DNA of 64,000 nt from Clostridia bacterium (GCA_017886895.1 JAGHJD010000078.1:10355-74354), one strand, 5' to 3'. Positions 9,791 to 19,856 are shown, counted from the stretch's first letter. A program made the numbers and translations. Notes: a model not told the origin generated them from the letters alone.

Positions 9791-10693
9791 TTATTTGAGT
9801 AATTTGCAAAGCACGGCTTTCTGCGCGTGCAGCCTGTTTTCCGCCTCGTCAAAGATCTCCTGCGCGTGCGCCTCGAAGATCTCCTCTTCGATCTCTTCGC
9901 CGCGGTGCACGGGCAGGCAGTGCAGCACCATCGCCTCTTTGTCGGCGGCGGCGATCACGTCCTTATTGATGCAGAACCCTTTGAACGCCTTTTCGCGGAT
10001 CTCCTTCTCGCCCTCCTGCCCCATGGACGCCCAGACGTCCGTGTACAGCACGTCCGCATCCTTCGCCGCCGCAAGTACGTCGGAGGTGACAAGGAGCTGC
10101 CCGTTCTGCTGTGCCCACGCCGTCACGCCCGCGTCGGGGCGGTACGCGTCGGGGCAGGCGACCGAGACCTGCATCCCCATCTTTATGCCGCCGACGATGA
10201 GCGAATTTGCCATGTTGTTCCCGTCGCCGACAAAGCACAGTTTCAGCCCCTTCAGGCTGCCCTTGTATTCGCGGATAGTCATGAGATCTGCGAGCACCTG
10301 GCAGGGATGGCAGTAATCGGTCAGCCCGTTAATGACGGGAATGGAGCCGTACTCTGCGAGATCCTCCACGTCCTGCTGTTTGAACGTGCGGATCATGATC
10401 CCGTCGAGGTAGCGCGAAAGGACGCGCGCGGTGTCCTTGATCGGCTCGCCGCGGCCGAGCTGGATGTCGCGGTCGGAGAGGAAGAGCGCGTGCCCGCCGA
10501 GCTCGTACATGCCGACTTCAAAGCTGACGCGCGTGCGCGTGGAAGATTTTGTAAAGATCATTCCCAGCTTTTTCCCTGCAAGATGCGGGTGCCGAACGCC
10601 GTTCTTGCGCTCGTATTTGAGCTGATCGGCAAGATTCAGAATGCTGAAAATTTCCTCGACGGAGAGATCCGCCAGTTTCAGAAGATGTTTCAT
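9791..10693 (-). CDS. argF: Ornithine carbamoyltransferase
   Basis: STRTR, HPCQ, DVWASMG and HCLP motifs. Confidence 0.95.
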   Translation of the reverse strand: MKHLLKLADLSVEEIFSILNLADQLKYERKNGVRHPHLAGKKLGMIFTKSSTRTRVSFEVGMYELGGHALFLSDRDIQLGRGEPIKDTARVLSRYLDGIMIRTFKQQDVEDLAEYGSIPVINGLTDYCHPCQVLADLMTIREYKGSLKGLKLCFVGDGNNMANSLIVGGIKMGMQVSVACPDAYRPDAGVTAWAQQNGQLLVTSDVLAAAKDADVLYTDVWASMGQEGEKEIREKAFKGFCINKDVIAAADKEAMVLHCLPVHRGEEIEEEIFEAHAQEIFDEAENRLHAQKAVLCKLLK

Positions 10694-11862
10694 TCGGAGA
10701 TCACCTCATTGAGTATTTGCAAAGCAAAGTCCATTTCGTCTTTTTTGACCGTGAGCGGGGGCAGAAGGCGGACCTTATCCCCCTTTGCCGTGAGCACGAG
10801 CAGACCGCGTTCAAGACACTTCTGCGCGATCTCTTTGGCAGGTTTCGTCGTCCCGACGCCGAGCATGAGCCCGAGCCCCGTCACAGAGAGCACGTTCTTT
10901 ATACGGGAGAGGTGCGTCCGCAGATACTCGCCTTTTCCCTGCACTTCGAGGAGCAGGTTCTTGTCCAGCCGACGCACGATGCTGCACGCGCCCGCACAGG
11001 CGATGGGGTTGCCGCCGAACGTCGAACCGTGGTCGCCCGCGCCGAATACGTTTTCGCACTTCCCGAAGAACATGGTCGCGCCCAGCGGCAGCCCGCCGCC
11101 GAGCCCCTTCGCCGTCGTCACGATGTCCGGTCCGATGCCGTAATGCTCATAGGCGTAGAGTCTGCCCGTCCTGCCGTTGCCCGTCTGCACTTCGTCTACG
11201 ATCAGCAGGATATCCCGCGCATGGCAGAGCGCCGCGATCGCGCGGACATCCTCCTGCCCGAGCACGTTCACCCCGCCCTCGCCCTGGATGAGTTCCAGCA
11301 TGACCGCGCACGTCTCGCGCGTCACGGCGGCGCGGACCGCGTCCGCCGTCGCGTCGGCATAGTCGAACCCACCCATATACGGGGCAAAACATGCGGGGTG
11401 CATGCTCTCCTGCCCCGTCGCGGTCAGCGTCGTCAGCGTCCTGCCGTGAAAGGAATTTTTCAGCGTGACGATGCGGTGCCTGCCCGCGCCGTACTTATCG
11501 TATGAATATTTGCGCGCCGCCTTGACCGCGCATTCGTTCGCTTCCGCGCCCGAATTGGAGAAAAAAACTTTCTTTGCGCCCGTCTTTTCGCAGAGCAGCG
11601 CCGCAAGTTCCGCCGCAGGCCTCGTATAATAGAGGTTGCTCGCGTGCTGCACCTTGCCAAGCTGCGCTATGACCGCCTCTTTCCACGCCGCGTCGTTCAC
11701 GCCGAAAATATTGACGGCAATCCCCGCGCCGAAATCCACGTATTCTTTGCCGTCTTCGGAGCGCAGACGCGCGCCTTCGCCGCCGCATATATCCGTCTGG
11801 AAACGGCTGTACGTATGCGCGATGAAACGGCTGTCCTTTTCTTTTATCTCTTCAAAAGCCAT
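10690..11862 (-). CDS. argD: Acetylornithine aminotransferase
   Basis: NSGAEANE, FHGRT, DEVQTG, AKGLGGG, HGSTFGGNP; arg cluster. Confidence 0.93.
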   Translation of the reverse strand: MAFEEIKEKDSRFIAHTYSRFQTDICGGEGARLRSEDGKEYVDFGAGIAVNIFGVNDAAWKEAVIAQLGKVQHASNLYYTRPAAELAALLCEKTGAKKVFFSNSGAEANECAVKAARKYSYDKYGAGRHRIVTLKNSFHGRTLTTLTATGQESMHPACFAPYMGGFDYADATADAVRAAVTRETCAVMLELIQGEGGVNVLGQEDVRAIAALCHARDILLIVDEVQTGNGRTGRLYAYEHYGIGPDIVTTAKGLGGGLPLGATMFFGKCENVFGAGDHGSTFGGNPIACAGACSIVRRLDKNLLLEVQGKGEYLRTHLSRIKNVLSVTGLGLMLGVGTTKPAKEIAQKCLERGLLVLTAKGDKVRLLPPLTVKKDEMDFALQILNEVISE

Positions 11863-11882
11863 GCCATACACCTATTTTATCT

Positions 11883-11911
11883 ATTCTATCATAAATCGGC
11901 GGCAAACGCAA
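11883..11911 (-). promoter_or_regulatory. Internal sigmaA-type promoter for argD-argF-carA-carB
   Basis: TTGCGT-17-TAGAAT with TGn extension on minus strand. Confidence 0.6.
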
Positions 11912-11952
11912 TGATTTGCCGCGACTTTTTCGCCCCGCCCTGCGGCGGACGC

Positions 11953-11982
11953 AAAAAAGGAGACCGATCAAGATCAGTCCCC
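11953..11982 (-). terminator. Intrinsic terminator overlapping the argB stop codon
   Basis: GGGGACTGAT-CTTG-ATCGGTCTCC followed by T6 on minus strand. Confidence 0.65.
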
Positions 11983-12840
11983 GTTCACAAACATGGTGCC
12001 GATGCCGCTGTCGGACAAAATTTCAACGAGAATGGAATGCTCCACCCTGCCGTCGATGATGAAAACCTTCTCGACGCCGCGGCGGATCCCCTCTCTGCAG
12101 CACTCTATCTTGGGGATCATTCCTCCCGAAATGATGCCCTGTTTGATATAGGACGGCACGTCGCTGACATAAATTTTGTCGATGAGGCTGGTAGGATCCT
12201 CTTTATCGCGCAGAACGCCTGCCGTATCCGTCATGAGGATGAGACTGCGCGCCCCGAGCGCGCCCGCAATGACGGCGGATGCCGTATCCGCATTGACGTT
12301 GTAGATATGCCCCTCGTCGTCATAGCCGACCGTCGCCACGACGGGGATATAGCCGTCGTCGAGAACGTCCTTGATGACCTTCGCGTTGAGATCGGTGATC
12401 TTGCCGACGTAGCCGAGCTTTTCGTCCGCTACGGCGCACTTCATCATATGCCCGTCGATGCCGCACAGCCCGACCGCCTTGCCGCCGATGCTCTCCAGAA
12501 GGTTGACGAGCGACTTATTGATCTTGCCCGCAAGCACCATGCGCACGATCTCGGCAGTCTCCTCATCGGTGTAGCGCAGCCCGTCCACAAAGACGGACTG
12601 CTTGCCCACGCGGCGGAGCATTTCGGAAATTTCGGGCCCGCCGCCGTGCACGAGCACGACTTTTATCCCGATGAGATTCAACAAAACGATGTCGCGCATG
12701 ACGGAGAGCTTCAGCCCCTCGTTGATCATCGCGTTCCCGCCGTATTTGATGACGACGATCTTCTCTTTATAATCCTGGATATAGGGCAGCGCCTCCGCAA
12801 GGATCTGCGCGCGCACCTGCTTGTCATTCAGATTTTCCAT
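11974..12840 (-). CDS. argB: Acetylglutamate kinase
   Basis: KYGGNAM, VHGGGP, NVNAD, GGMIPK. Confidence 0.95.
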   Translation of the reverse strand: MENLNDKQVRAQILAEALPYIQDYKEKIVVIKYGGNAMINEGLKLSVMRDIVLLNLIGIKVVLVHGGGPEISEMLRRVGKQSVFVDGLRYTDEETAEIVRMVLAGKINKSLVNLLESIGGKAVGLCGIDGHMMKCAVADEKLGYVGKITDLNAKVIKDVLDDGYIPVVATVGYDDEGHIYNVNADTASAVIAGALGARSLILMTDTAGVLRDKEDPTSLIDKIYVSDVPSYIKQGIISGGMIPKIECCREGIRRGVEKVFIIDGRVEHSILVEILSDSGIGTMFVNGD

Positions 12841-12874
12841 AAATCACGCCCTCCTGCTCTCTTGCACCGCTGTG

Positions 12875-14086
12875 TCAGGTGCGGTAATCGCCGTTGATGC
12901 GGACATACTCGTAGGTAAGGTCGCACCCCCACGCGGTCGCCCTGCCGCTCCCGCTGTTCAGGGAGATCAGCACCTCGATCTCGTCCTCGGAGAGAACGCG
13001 CTTTGCCTCCTCTTCCGAAAAGGGAACGCCGCTCCCCTTGCTGCAGACTTCGATCTCGCCCGCGCGGCTGCGGAAAGAGACGTCCACCTTGTTCACGTCC
13101 ACGTCCGCGCCCGCATACCCGACCGCGCAGAGCACCCTGCCCCAATTCGCGTCGGCACCGAACATTGCCGATTTGAACAGCGCGGATTTGATTACGGACT
13201 TCGCCACCGTCTTTGCAACGGACTTGCTCTTTGCGCCGCTGACTTTGCATTCGAGAAGTTTCGTCGCCCCCTCGCCGTCCTTGGCGATACAGCGGCAGAG
13301 GTATTCCATCACTTTAAACAGTGCTTTGCGGAATATATTGTATTCTTTTCCCGTCCCGGTCACGGGTTCGTTGCCCGCCTGCCCGTTCGCAAGCACGCAG
13401 ACCATGTCGTTCGTGGAGGTATCCCCGTCCACGCTGACCATATTGAAGGTATCTTTCACGTTTGCCGAGAGCGCTTTCTGCAGCATTTCGTGCGAGATCG
13501 CCGCGTCCGTCGTAACAAAGACGAGCATCGTCGCCATATTCGGGTTGATCATCCCGACGCCTTTGCCGATCGCGCCGATCCGGCACTCCTTTCCGCCGAG
13601 CATGAAGGAATAGGCGATCTGCTTTTCGACCGTGTCCGTCGTCATGATCGCCTGCGCCGCCTCCGCACTGTACGCGCCCAGGCCCGCCGCAAGTTCATCC
13701 ATATGCTCCGCGATCGGCTCCAACGAGAGCGGCCGCCCGATGACGCCCGTCGACGCGACCACGACGTCGCCCGCCGCGATCCCCGTATGCTTTTCAACGA
13801 GAGCGCACATGCCCTCCGCGATCTGCACGCCGTCCGCATTGCAGGTATTCGCGTTCCCGCTGTTGCAGACGATCGCCTGTGCGTATCCGTCTGCCACATG
13901 CTCCTTTGTGACGAGAATGGGTGCGCCCTTCACAAGATTCTGCGTATAGACGCATGCCGCCGCAGCGCGCACGTCGCTGACAATGAGCGCAAGATCGCGT
14001 TTCGTGCGATTTTTGCGGATGCCGCAATGCACGCCGTTAGCTTTGAATCCCTGCGGCGCACAGACGCCGCCGTCTATTTTTATCAT
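12875..14086 (-). CDS. argJ: Ornithine acetyltransferase / N-acetylglutamate synthase
   Basis: NSGNAN, STGVIG, IMTTDT, GMINPNMATML autoproteolysis site, DGEGATK. Confidence 0.95.
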   Translation of the reverse strand: MIKIDGGVCAPQGFKANGVHCGIRKNRTKRDLALIVSDVRAAAACVYTQNLVKGAPILVTKEHVADGYAQAIVCNSGNANTCNADGVQIAEGMCALVEKHTGIAAGDVVVASTGVIGRPLSLEPIAEHMDELAAGLGAYSAEAAQAIMTTDTVEKQIAYSFMLGGKECRIGAIGKGVGMINPNMATMLVFVTTDAAISHEMLQKALSANVKDTFNMVSVDGDTSTNDMVCVLANGQAGNEPVTGTGKEYNIFRKALFKVMEYLCRCIAKDGEGATKLLECKVSGAKSKSVAKTVAKSVIKSALFKSAMFGADANWGRVLCAVGYAGADVDVNKVDVSFRSRAGEIEVCSKGSGVPFSEEEAKRVLSEDEIEVLISLNSGSGRATAWGCDLTYEYVRINGDYRT

Positions 14087-14110
14087 CTGAAAACTCTCCA
14101 AACTATACCG

Positions 14111-15040
14111 TTACAAAGCAAGCGATGTGCGCTCGTCCAACCCGAGCAATATGTTCATGCACTGCACCGCCGCGCCCGAAGCGCCCTTGCCGAGATTGTC
14201 GAACACGGAACACAGCAAGATCCGCTCGTCGTTCCCGCCGACAAAAATGCGCATATCGTCCCTGCCGGCAAGCGCGTTCGCCGCAAGGAACCCTTCTTCC
14301 ATATCCGAGACATGCAACAGATTCTGCGACGCGTAGTACTCTGAAAAATATGCTTTCACCTGCAAAACCGAGTATTTTTTTGTAAGCAGACGCGAAATAA
14401 GCGGCACCGTGACGCACATTCCGCTGTAATAATCCGACACGATCGGGGAAAAGACGGGAGGCGCCGCAAGCCCGCACACCGCCTGCATCTCGGGAAGATG
14501 CTTGTGCGTCTGCCTCAGCCCGTACTGCCGCGGGCTGTCGAGCGCGACAGACCTCTCTTTGCTCTCATATTCTGCGATCATCTTCTTCCCGCCGCCGCTG
14601 TAACCCGTCACCGAATAGGCGACGAACGGATAGTCGGCAGGCACGATCCCGCCCGCAACCAGTGGATAGACGAGAGAGACGAACCCGCTCGCATGGCAGC
14701 CCGGCACCGCAACGCGGCGGGACAGCGCGATCTTTTCGCGGTGTTTTGCCGAAAGCTCGGGAAAGCCGTATGCCCAATCGGGAGAAGTGCGGTGCGCAGT
14801 CGAGGCGTCAATGATCTTCACGTCCGGATTTTCACACAGAGAAACGGACTCCCGCGCCGCGGCATCGGGCAGGCACAGAAAGACAATGTCCGCCTCGTTG
14901 ATGCACTTTTTGCGCGCAACAGGATCCTTGCGCAGTTCATCGGGAAGAGAGGTAACGGAAACATCGTCCCTCGACCCGAGCCGCTCATAGATCTGCAGCC
15001 CCGTCGTCCCCTCTTTCCCGTCAATAAAAACGTTTGTCAT
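14111..15040 (-). CDS. argC: N-acetyl-gamma-glutamyl-phosphate reductase (short type)
   Basis: FIDGKEGTTGL, DASTAHR, PGC, DNLGKGASGAAVQ. Confidence 0.95.
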   Translation of the reverse strand: MTNVFIDGKEGTTGLQIYERLGSRDDVSVTSLPDELRKDPVARKKCINEADIVFLCLPDAAARESVSLCENPDVKIIDASTAHRTSPDWAYGFPELSAKHREKIALSRRVAVPGCHASGFVSLVYPLVAGGIVPADYPFVAYSVTGYSGGGKKMIAEYESKERSVALDSPRQYGLRQTHKHLPEMQAVCGLAAPPVFSPIVSDYYSGMCVTVPLISRLLTKKYSVLQVKAYFSEYYASQNLLHVSDMEEGFLAANALAGRDDMRIFVGGNDERILLCSVFDNLGKGASGAAVQCMNILLGLDERTSLAL

Positions 15041-15055
15041 CCGCCGCACTTCCGC

Positions 15056-16279
15056 TTATTTCAGTTTTTTCGCGTCGAGCATCGCCTTGACTTTGATCGG
15101 CAGCCCGAACAGATTGATGAAGCCTTCCGCGTCGTGCTGGTTGTAGACATCTTCTTCGCCGAACGTCGCGATCTCCTCGCTGTACAGGGAATGCTCGCTC
15201 TTAATGCCGGCGTTGATGATGTTGCCCTTATAGATCTTCAGTTTGACTTCGCCGCTGACGTTTTCCTGCGTCTTGTCCACAAACGCGGCGAGCGCCTCGC
15301 GCAGCGGCGTGAACCACTGCCCGTTGTAGACGAGCTCGGCAAACTTGATCGCAAGATGCTGCTTGAAGTGCTGCGTATCCTTGTCGAGGCAGAGCATTTC
15401 CAAGAGCTCGTGCGCGGCATACAGGATGGTGCCGCCCGGCGTCTCGTACACGCCGCGGCTCTTCATGCCGACCAGCCTGTTTTCGACCATGTCGATAATG
15501 CCGACGCCGTTCGCGCCGCCGATCTTGTTGAGCTGTTCCATGAGCTCCACGCTCCCCAGCTTTTTGCCGTCGAGCGCAACGGGAATGCCCTTTTCAAACG
15601 TGAGCGTGAGATAGGTCGGCTTGTCGGGCGCCTTTTCGGGCGAGACGCCGAGCTCGAGGATCTCGTCGTACTTCGGCTCGTTGGCGGGATCTTCGAGATC
15701 AAGCCCTTCGTGCGAGAGGTGCCACAGGTTCTTGTCCTTGGAATAATTGGTCTCGCGCGTGATCTTGAGCGGAATGTTGTGCGCCTCGGCGTAGTCGATC
15801 TCTTCGTCGCGGCTCTTGATATTCCAGATGCGCCAGGGCGCAATGATCGTCATTTCGGGCGCAAACGCCTTGATCGTCAGCTCAAAGCGGACCTGATCGT
15901 TCCCCTTGCCCGTACAGCCGTGGCAAATCGCATCCGCGCCCTCTTTTTTCGCGATCTCGACGATGCGCTTTGCGATGACGGGGCGGGCAAACGAGGTACC
16001 GAGCAAATATTTATTCTCATAGACCGCGCCCGCCTTCATCGTCGGATAGATATAATCCTCGATGAACTCCTTGCGCAGATCTTCGATATACAGTTTGGAC
16101 GCGCCCGTCTTGAGCGCCTTCTCCTCCAGCCCCTCCAGCTCGCTCTCCTGCCCCACGTCGGCAGAGACGGCGATGACCTCGCAGTTGTTGTAATTCTCTT
16201 TCAGCCAAGGAATGATGATGGACGTATCCAATCCGCCCGAATATGCCAACACGACTTTTTTGATCTCTTTCTGTTTCAT
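15056..16279 (-). CDS. argG: Argininosuccinate synthase
   Basis: [33 protein letters not shown]. Confidence 0.97.
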   Translation of the reverse strand: MKQKEIKKVVLAYSGGLDTSIIIPWLKENYNNCEVIAVSADVGQESELEGLEEKALKTGASKLYIEDLRKEFIEDYIYPTMKAGAVYENKYLLGTSFARPVIAKRIVEIAKKEGADAICHGCTGKGNDQVRFELTIKAFAPEMTIIAPWRIWNIKSRDEEIDYAEAHNIPLKITRETNYSKDKNLWHLSHEGLDLEDPANEPKYDEILELGVSPEKAPDKPTYLTLTFEKGIPVALDGKKLGSVELMEQLNKIGGANGVGIIDMVENRLVGMKSRGVYETPGGTILYAAHELLEMLCLDKDTQHFKQHLAIKFAELVYNGQWFTPLREALAAFVDKTQENVSGEVKLKIYKGNIINAGIKSEHSLYSEEIATFGEEDVYNQHDAEGFINLFGLPIKVKAMLDAKKLK

Positions 16280-16308
16280 GAAAGGTGACCTCTCTGTTTT
16301 TTCATTAA

Positions 16309-16337
16309 ATTATACAAAGATTGTATCCGCCCGTCAA
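16309..16337 (-). promoter_or_regulatory. sigmaA promoter of argG (proximal)
   Basis: TTGACG-17-TATAAT on minus strand. Confidence 0.75.
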
Positions 16338-16382
16338 GCAAATCGCCTCAATTTTTTAAAAAATATTCAAAATTAACCATTG

Positions 16383-16412
16383 ATTATCGCATAAAATGTA
16401 TAAATATTCAAT
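16383..16412 (-). promoter_or_regulatory. ARG box (ArgR/AhrC operator) overlapping a distal promoter candidate
   Basis: ATTGAATATTTATACATT (16395-16412) fits the 18-bp ARG box palindrome and covers the -35 of TTGAAT-17-GATAAT; degenerate half-sites nearby. Confidence 0.7.
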
Positions 16413-16483
16413 ACTTATGGGTTATTCATGAATAATTATTTTTTATGCAAATCTTCTCCCGTCACCCTGTCTGCGGGCAGCTC

Positions 16484-17122
16484 CTATGCGCGGAAACAGC
16501 GGGTCAGAAAGGCATATCCTTTCAGCTCTTTTCGCAGTGCAAAATAATCGGGACAGAGCTTTTTCACCTCGCTCCAGAAAGCCGCGGAGTGATCCAGATG
16601 CTTCAGATGACACAGCTCATGGATCAGCACATATGTACACAGACGGGGCGGCAGCATCGAGAGCCGCCAATTCAGCTTGATGACGCCCGCCGCATCACAA
16701 CTGCCCCACCGCGCTTTGAAATCCCGCAGAAGAATTTCCTTCGGACAAACGCCCGCAATGCGGGAGAGCTCCGCCGCCTCTTCCTTCAAAGCCGCGCCGA
16801 ACCTGCGGATAAAACAGGGACGCACCGCCTGTACGTTTTTAAAAAAGAACGCACCGTCTTTTTCTTCATTGCACCGCGCACCAAAAAATACGGGGAAAAG
16901 TTCCCCCGCACATAGGATCTCACGCCCCTCCCGCACAGTGTCGAACCGCGGATCGCGCCGCGCAAGCTGCCGCCCGATCCAATCGCGCTTGCTCTCCACA
17001 AAGCGCCTGATCTGTTCATCGGTGGCGCGGAGCGGCGCGCGCACGGTGACCTCCCCGTCCGCCACGATGACCGCCAGCGTGCGGCGGCGGGAGCGGATGA
17101 CGCGAAAAGAAAACTCAATCAA
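16484..17122 (-). CDS. M48/YgjP (DUF45) family metalloprotein
   Basis: RSRRRTL, VRAP, RWGSC, HELCH (HExxH), HSAAFW; TTG start after AAGGTG inferred. Confidence 0.85.
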   Translation of the reverse strand: MIEFSFRVIRSRRRTLAVIVADGEVTVRAPLRATDEQIRRFVESKRDWIGRQLARRDPRFDTVREGREILCAGELFPVFFGARCNEEKDGAFFFKNVQAVRPCFIRRFGAALKEEAAELSRIAGVCPKEILLRDFKARWGSCDAAGVIKLNWRLSMLPPRLCTYVLIHELCHLKHLDHSAAFWSEVKKLCPDYFALRKELKGYAFLTRCFRA

Positions 17123-17849
17123 AGCACACCTTTGCGGCAACGACCGTCTCGGCGCCGCGTTTCCCCGTGACCAGAAAGACGCCCGCCTCGGTTTCCGTGC
17201 GATAAAATTCGAGCAGGTCTCCTTCATAGGACTGTTTAACAAAGTGCAGACCGAATGATCTGATGCGCCGCGCACGCAGCTCTTCCACCGAAAAACAGTT
17301 AAAAATATAGTCGGCATACTTTATGTTGCTGACATGCCCGTTCAGATCGTATTCTGAATTTGCGATCCGCAGGGAAAATGCGGGCACTCCCTGCACAGCC
17401 GCCTCCCCGATGCGCCAATCGCATTCCGACAGAGCGCGCTCCCCGAGCAGCTCCATCTCTGCATGCGGCACCTGTGCGGTCGGAACGATGCGCCCTTCGG
17501 CATCCAGCACGCACCATCTGGAGAGAGCGCGCGCTGTGCAGACGCCCGCCGCATCCTCCAGGAAAAAGCTGCGCTCATAAATCGCCTTATTCGGTTCGTG
17601 CGGGCGGGTACGCACCGAAACTTCTTCCCCGCAATGCGGACGAGCGGAAAGCTCGACCCAAATTTTTGAGAGCACCCAAAAGCGTCCCTGTCGGCGGAGC
17701 GTATCGAACCCCATCCCCATCTCTTCGGAATGCGCCACGGCTGCCTCCTGAAAATACCCCAATAAAAAGGAAGGTTTCAGTTCCTGCCCGAAATCCGACT
17801 CATAATTTTTTACGGAATACTGACGCACGCATTCGCTGTTCGCTTTCAT
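17115..17849 (-). CDS. Acyl-ACP thioesterase
   Basis: FQEAAVAHS, WVLS, DLNGHVSN.KY motif; double hotdog length. Confidence 0.85.
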   Translation of the reverse strand: MKANSECVRQYSVKNYESDFGQELKPSFLLGYFQEAAVAHSEEMGMGFDTLRRQGRFWVLSKIWVELSARPHCGEEVSVRTRPHEPNKAIYERSFFLEDAAGVCTARALSRWCVLDAEGRIVPTAQVPHAEMELLGERALSECDWRIGEAAVQGVPAFSLRIANSEYDLNGHVSNIKYADYIFNCFSVEELRARRIRSFGLHFVKQSYEGDLLEFYRTETEAGVFLVTGKRGAETVVAAKVCFD

Positions 17850-18022
17850 GTTTCACCTCGGTCCGCCGTCTTTCTTCTGCGATATTTTACACCTTTACAG
17901 AGCGCTTGTCCACTGATTGACGCAAAATAAGTGATGCCGCGGCAGAAAGCAGTTTTTCTGAATTTATGTCACACATAATACTTCGTAAAATAAATAATAT
18001 TTTACTTTTTTCGCAAAATTTA

Positions 18023-18051
18023 TTGACATATCTTGTCAAATATTGTATAAT
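18023..18051 (+). promoter_or_regulatory. Consensus sigmaA promoter with palindrome over the -35
   Basis: TTGACA-17-TATAAT; inverted repeat TTGACA-tatct-TGTCAA at 18023-18039. Confidence 0.8.
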
Positions 18052-18074
18052 TTCAGACAAGGAGGTCTTTGAAA

Positions 18075-19739
18075 ATGTCCGACGATTTCACGAATGAAAA
18101 TGAAAAAAAACAGAGCGAAAACGACTCCTCTATCAGCAGTGAACTCATACGCGGCCATATCAACACGATCATTCTGCGCACGCTGTACGACGGAGACAAG
18201 TACGGCTATGAGATCATCAATGAAATAGAGGAGAAAAGCAAGGGGCAGTACTCCCTCAAGCAGCCTACGCTGTACAGCGCACTCAAACGGCTGGAGTCGC
18301 AGGATTACGTCACTTCCTATTGGGGCGGCGTCAGCAACGGCGGCAGAAGAAAGTACTTCCAGATCACAGATAAGGGCAAAAAGATCGTCGAGCAGAATCT
18401 TGCGGAGTGGGAATACTCCCGCACGATCATCGACAGCCTTATCTCCGAAAAAGATTACGATTTCAACAATCCCCCGCCCGCAGGCGGCGTCGACTTCAAT
18501 ATTTTGAAACGCACCACGACCCGCGTCCCCGTCGGCAAAGGAGATGAGGGGGCGTCCGATGAATTCTACTACGGCGACGACGAAGAGCTCACTGCGGATG
18601 CAAGCGATGACATCGGAGCGGATGAAACGACCGTGAGCACGGCGGAGTATGCCGCCTCCTCCCCTGCCCGCGAAGAGATACCCGCGGCAGACAGCGCGGC
18701 GGAGCCGGCTGCCGAAGCCGAGACGCAGGAGGAACCCGTCCCGACGCAGCAGCCAGAAGAACACGTTCTTTCCGAAGAAGAACAGCGCCGTATCCACGAG
18801 AATTACAAAACTTTGATCGGCGACAGCGGCAACGACTATTATGAACAGATCAGCCGCCGCAACGATGAAGAACAGCGGCGCAAAGACGAGGAGTCCCGCA
18901 TGCGCGCCGAAGAATATGCCGCCCCTGCGGCAGAAACAGCCGGCGCATACAGCGCACAGCAAACCGTTGCATACGGGCAGGAAACGCCCGCTTATGACGA
19001 GACGTACGAGCGAAACCGCGAAATATCTTCCGAACTGCTTTACGCAAACCGTCCCGCCGAGGAGCGCAACTATAAGGATCTGATCGCCCGCCTGTATGAC
19101 AACACGAGGCACGAAGAACCGCCGCAGGAACAGCAGGAACAGCCCTATTACGAAGAGCCGCCCGCACCCGTCGCGGCAGAGCCGCAGCAGCCCGTCCGGC
19201 GCACACAGACGGCGGGCAGCATCGAATTCTATGACGTGGAAGAGAAGGCAGAAAACGACGGATTGCGCGTTACGACCGCCACGGGGCAGCGAAGCAAGTC
19301 CTCTCTTGCCGTTCGCACGGCGGGCGCCACATTTGACAAGGGCAGACTGCTCTTTATCACGGCGCTTTGGGTATTCGGTGTCGCACTCGTTGAATCCATC
19401 ATCAACGCCTGCCTTATCAACATACTGCACACAAATGCCGCATATGTGACGCTCCCCTTCGTCTTTGCCGTCATCATGCTCGGCGTCTTCTTTGCGCTTT
19501 TCATGAGCGGATACGGAAAAAACAGCAAAAAGGTCAAGAATAAATCTTATGTTTCGGCAACGCTCATTATTTATGTAAACGTGCTGCTCATCATCTGCCT
19601 GATCGCATTCCTCGTGACGGGATTCAGCGGCACGATCACAGCCCGCAACATTTTCGTCTATGCGATCCTTCCCTGCATTTATCTTTTCAATGTTCCTCTG
19701 TTTGCGATCATTTATTACTACCTGTTCAGCAAAGAATAA
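18075..19739 (+). CDS. PadR-family wHTH regulator with long acidic linker and ~4 C-terminal TM helices
   Basis: YGYEI, TLYSALKRLE, RRKYFQITDKG PadR motifs; E/A/P/Q-rich middle; hydrophobic C-terminus; ATG 9 nt after GGAGG. Confidence 0.85.
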   Translation: MSDDFTNENEKKQSENDSSISSELIRGHINTIILRTLYDGDKYGYEIINEIEEKSKGQYSLKQPTLYSALKRLESQDYVTSYWGGVSNGGRRKYFQITDKGKKIVEQNLAEWEYSRTIIDSLISEKDYDFNNPPPAGGVDFNILKRTTTRVPVGKGDEGASDEFYYGDDEELTADASDDIGADETTVSTAEYAASSPAREEIPAADSAAEPAAEAETQEEPVPTQQPEEHVLSEEEQRRIHENYKTLIGDSGNDYYEQISRRNDEEQRRKDEESRMRAEEYAAPAAETAGAYSAQQTVAYGQETPAYDETYERNREISSELLYANRPAEERNYKDLIARLYDNTRHEEPPQEQQEQPYYEEPPAPVAAEPQQPVRRTQTAGSIEFYDVEEKAENDGLRVTTATGQRSKSSLAVRTAGATFDKGRLLFITALWVFGVALVESIINACLINILHTNAAYVTLPFVFAVIMLGVFFALFMSGYGKNSKKVKNKSYVSATLIIYVNVLLIICLIAFLVTGFSGTITARNIFVYAILPCIYLFNVPLFAIIYYYLFSKE

Positions 19740-19751
19740 ACGATCTGCGAC

Positions 19752-19785
19752 AAAAAAACGCGCGGCTGAAAAGCCGCGCGCTTTT
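19752..19785. terminator. Bidirectional intrinsic terminator
   Basis: A7-CGCGCGGCT-gaaa-AGCCGCGCG-cTTTT between convergent genes. Confidence 0.7.
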
Positions 19786-19856
19786 GCACGCTTCGATAAA
19801 ATTCCGACGTCCGCTCACAAGACCCCCGTATATCCCGCAGCATTTTGGAAACAGCG

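Noticed and set aside
5000-16288. Long plus-strand ORFs opposite the arg/car genes (e.g. 7187-8716, 8637-10316, 14498-16288)
   Set aside because: Antisense shadows caused by GC-rich codon usage; no recognizable motifs and fully overlapped by well-supported genes.
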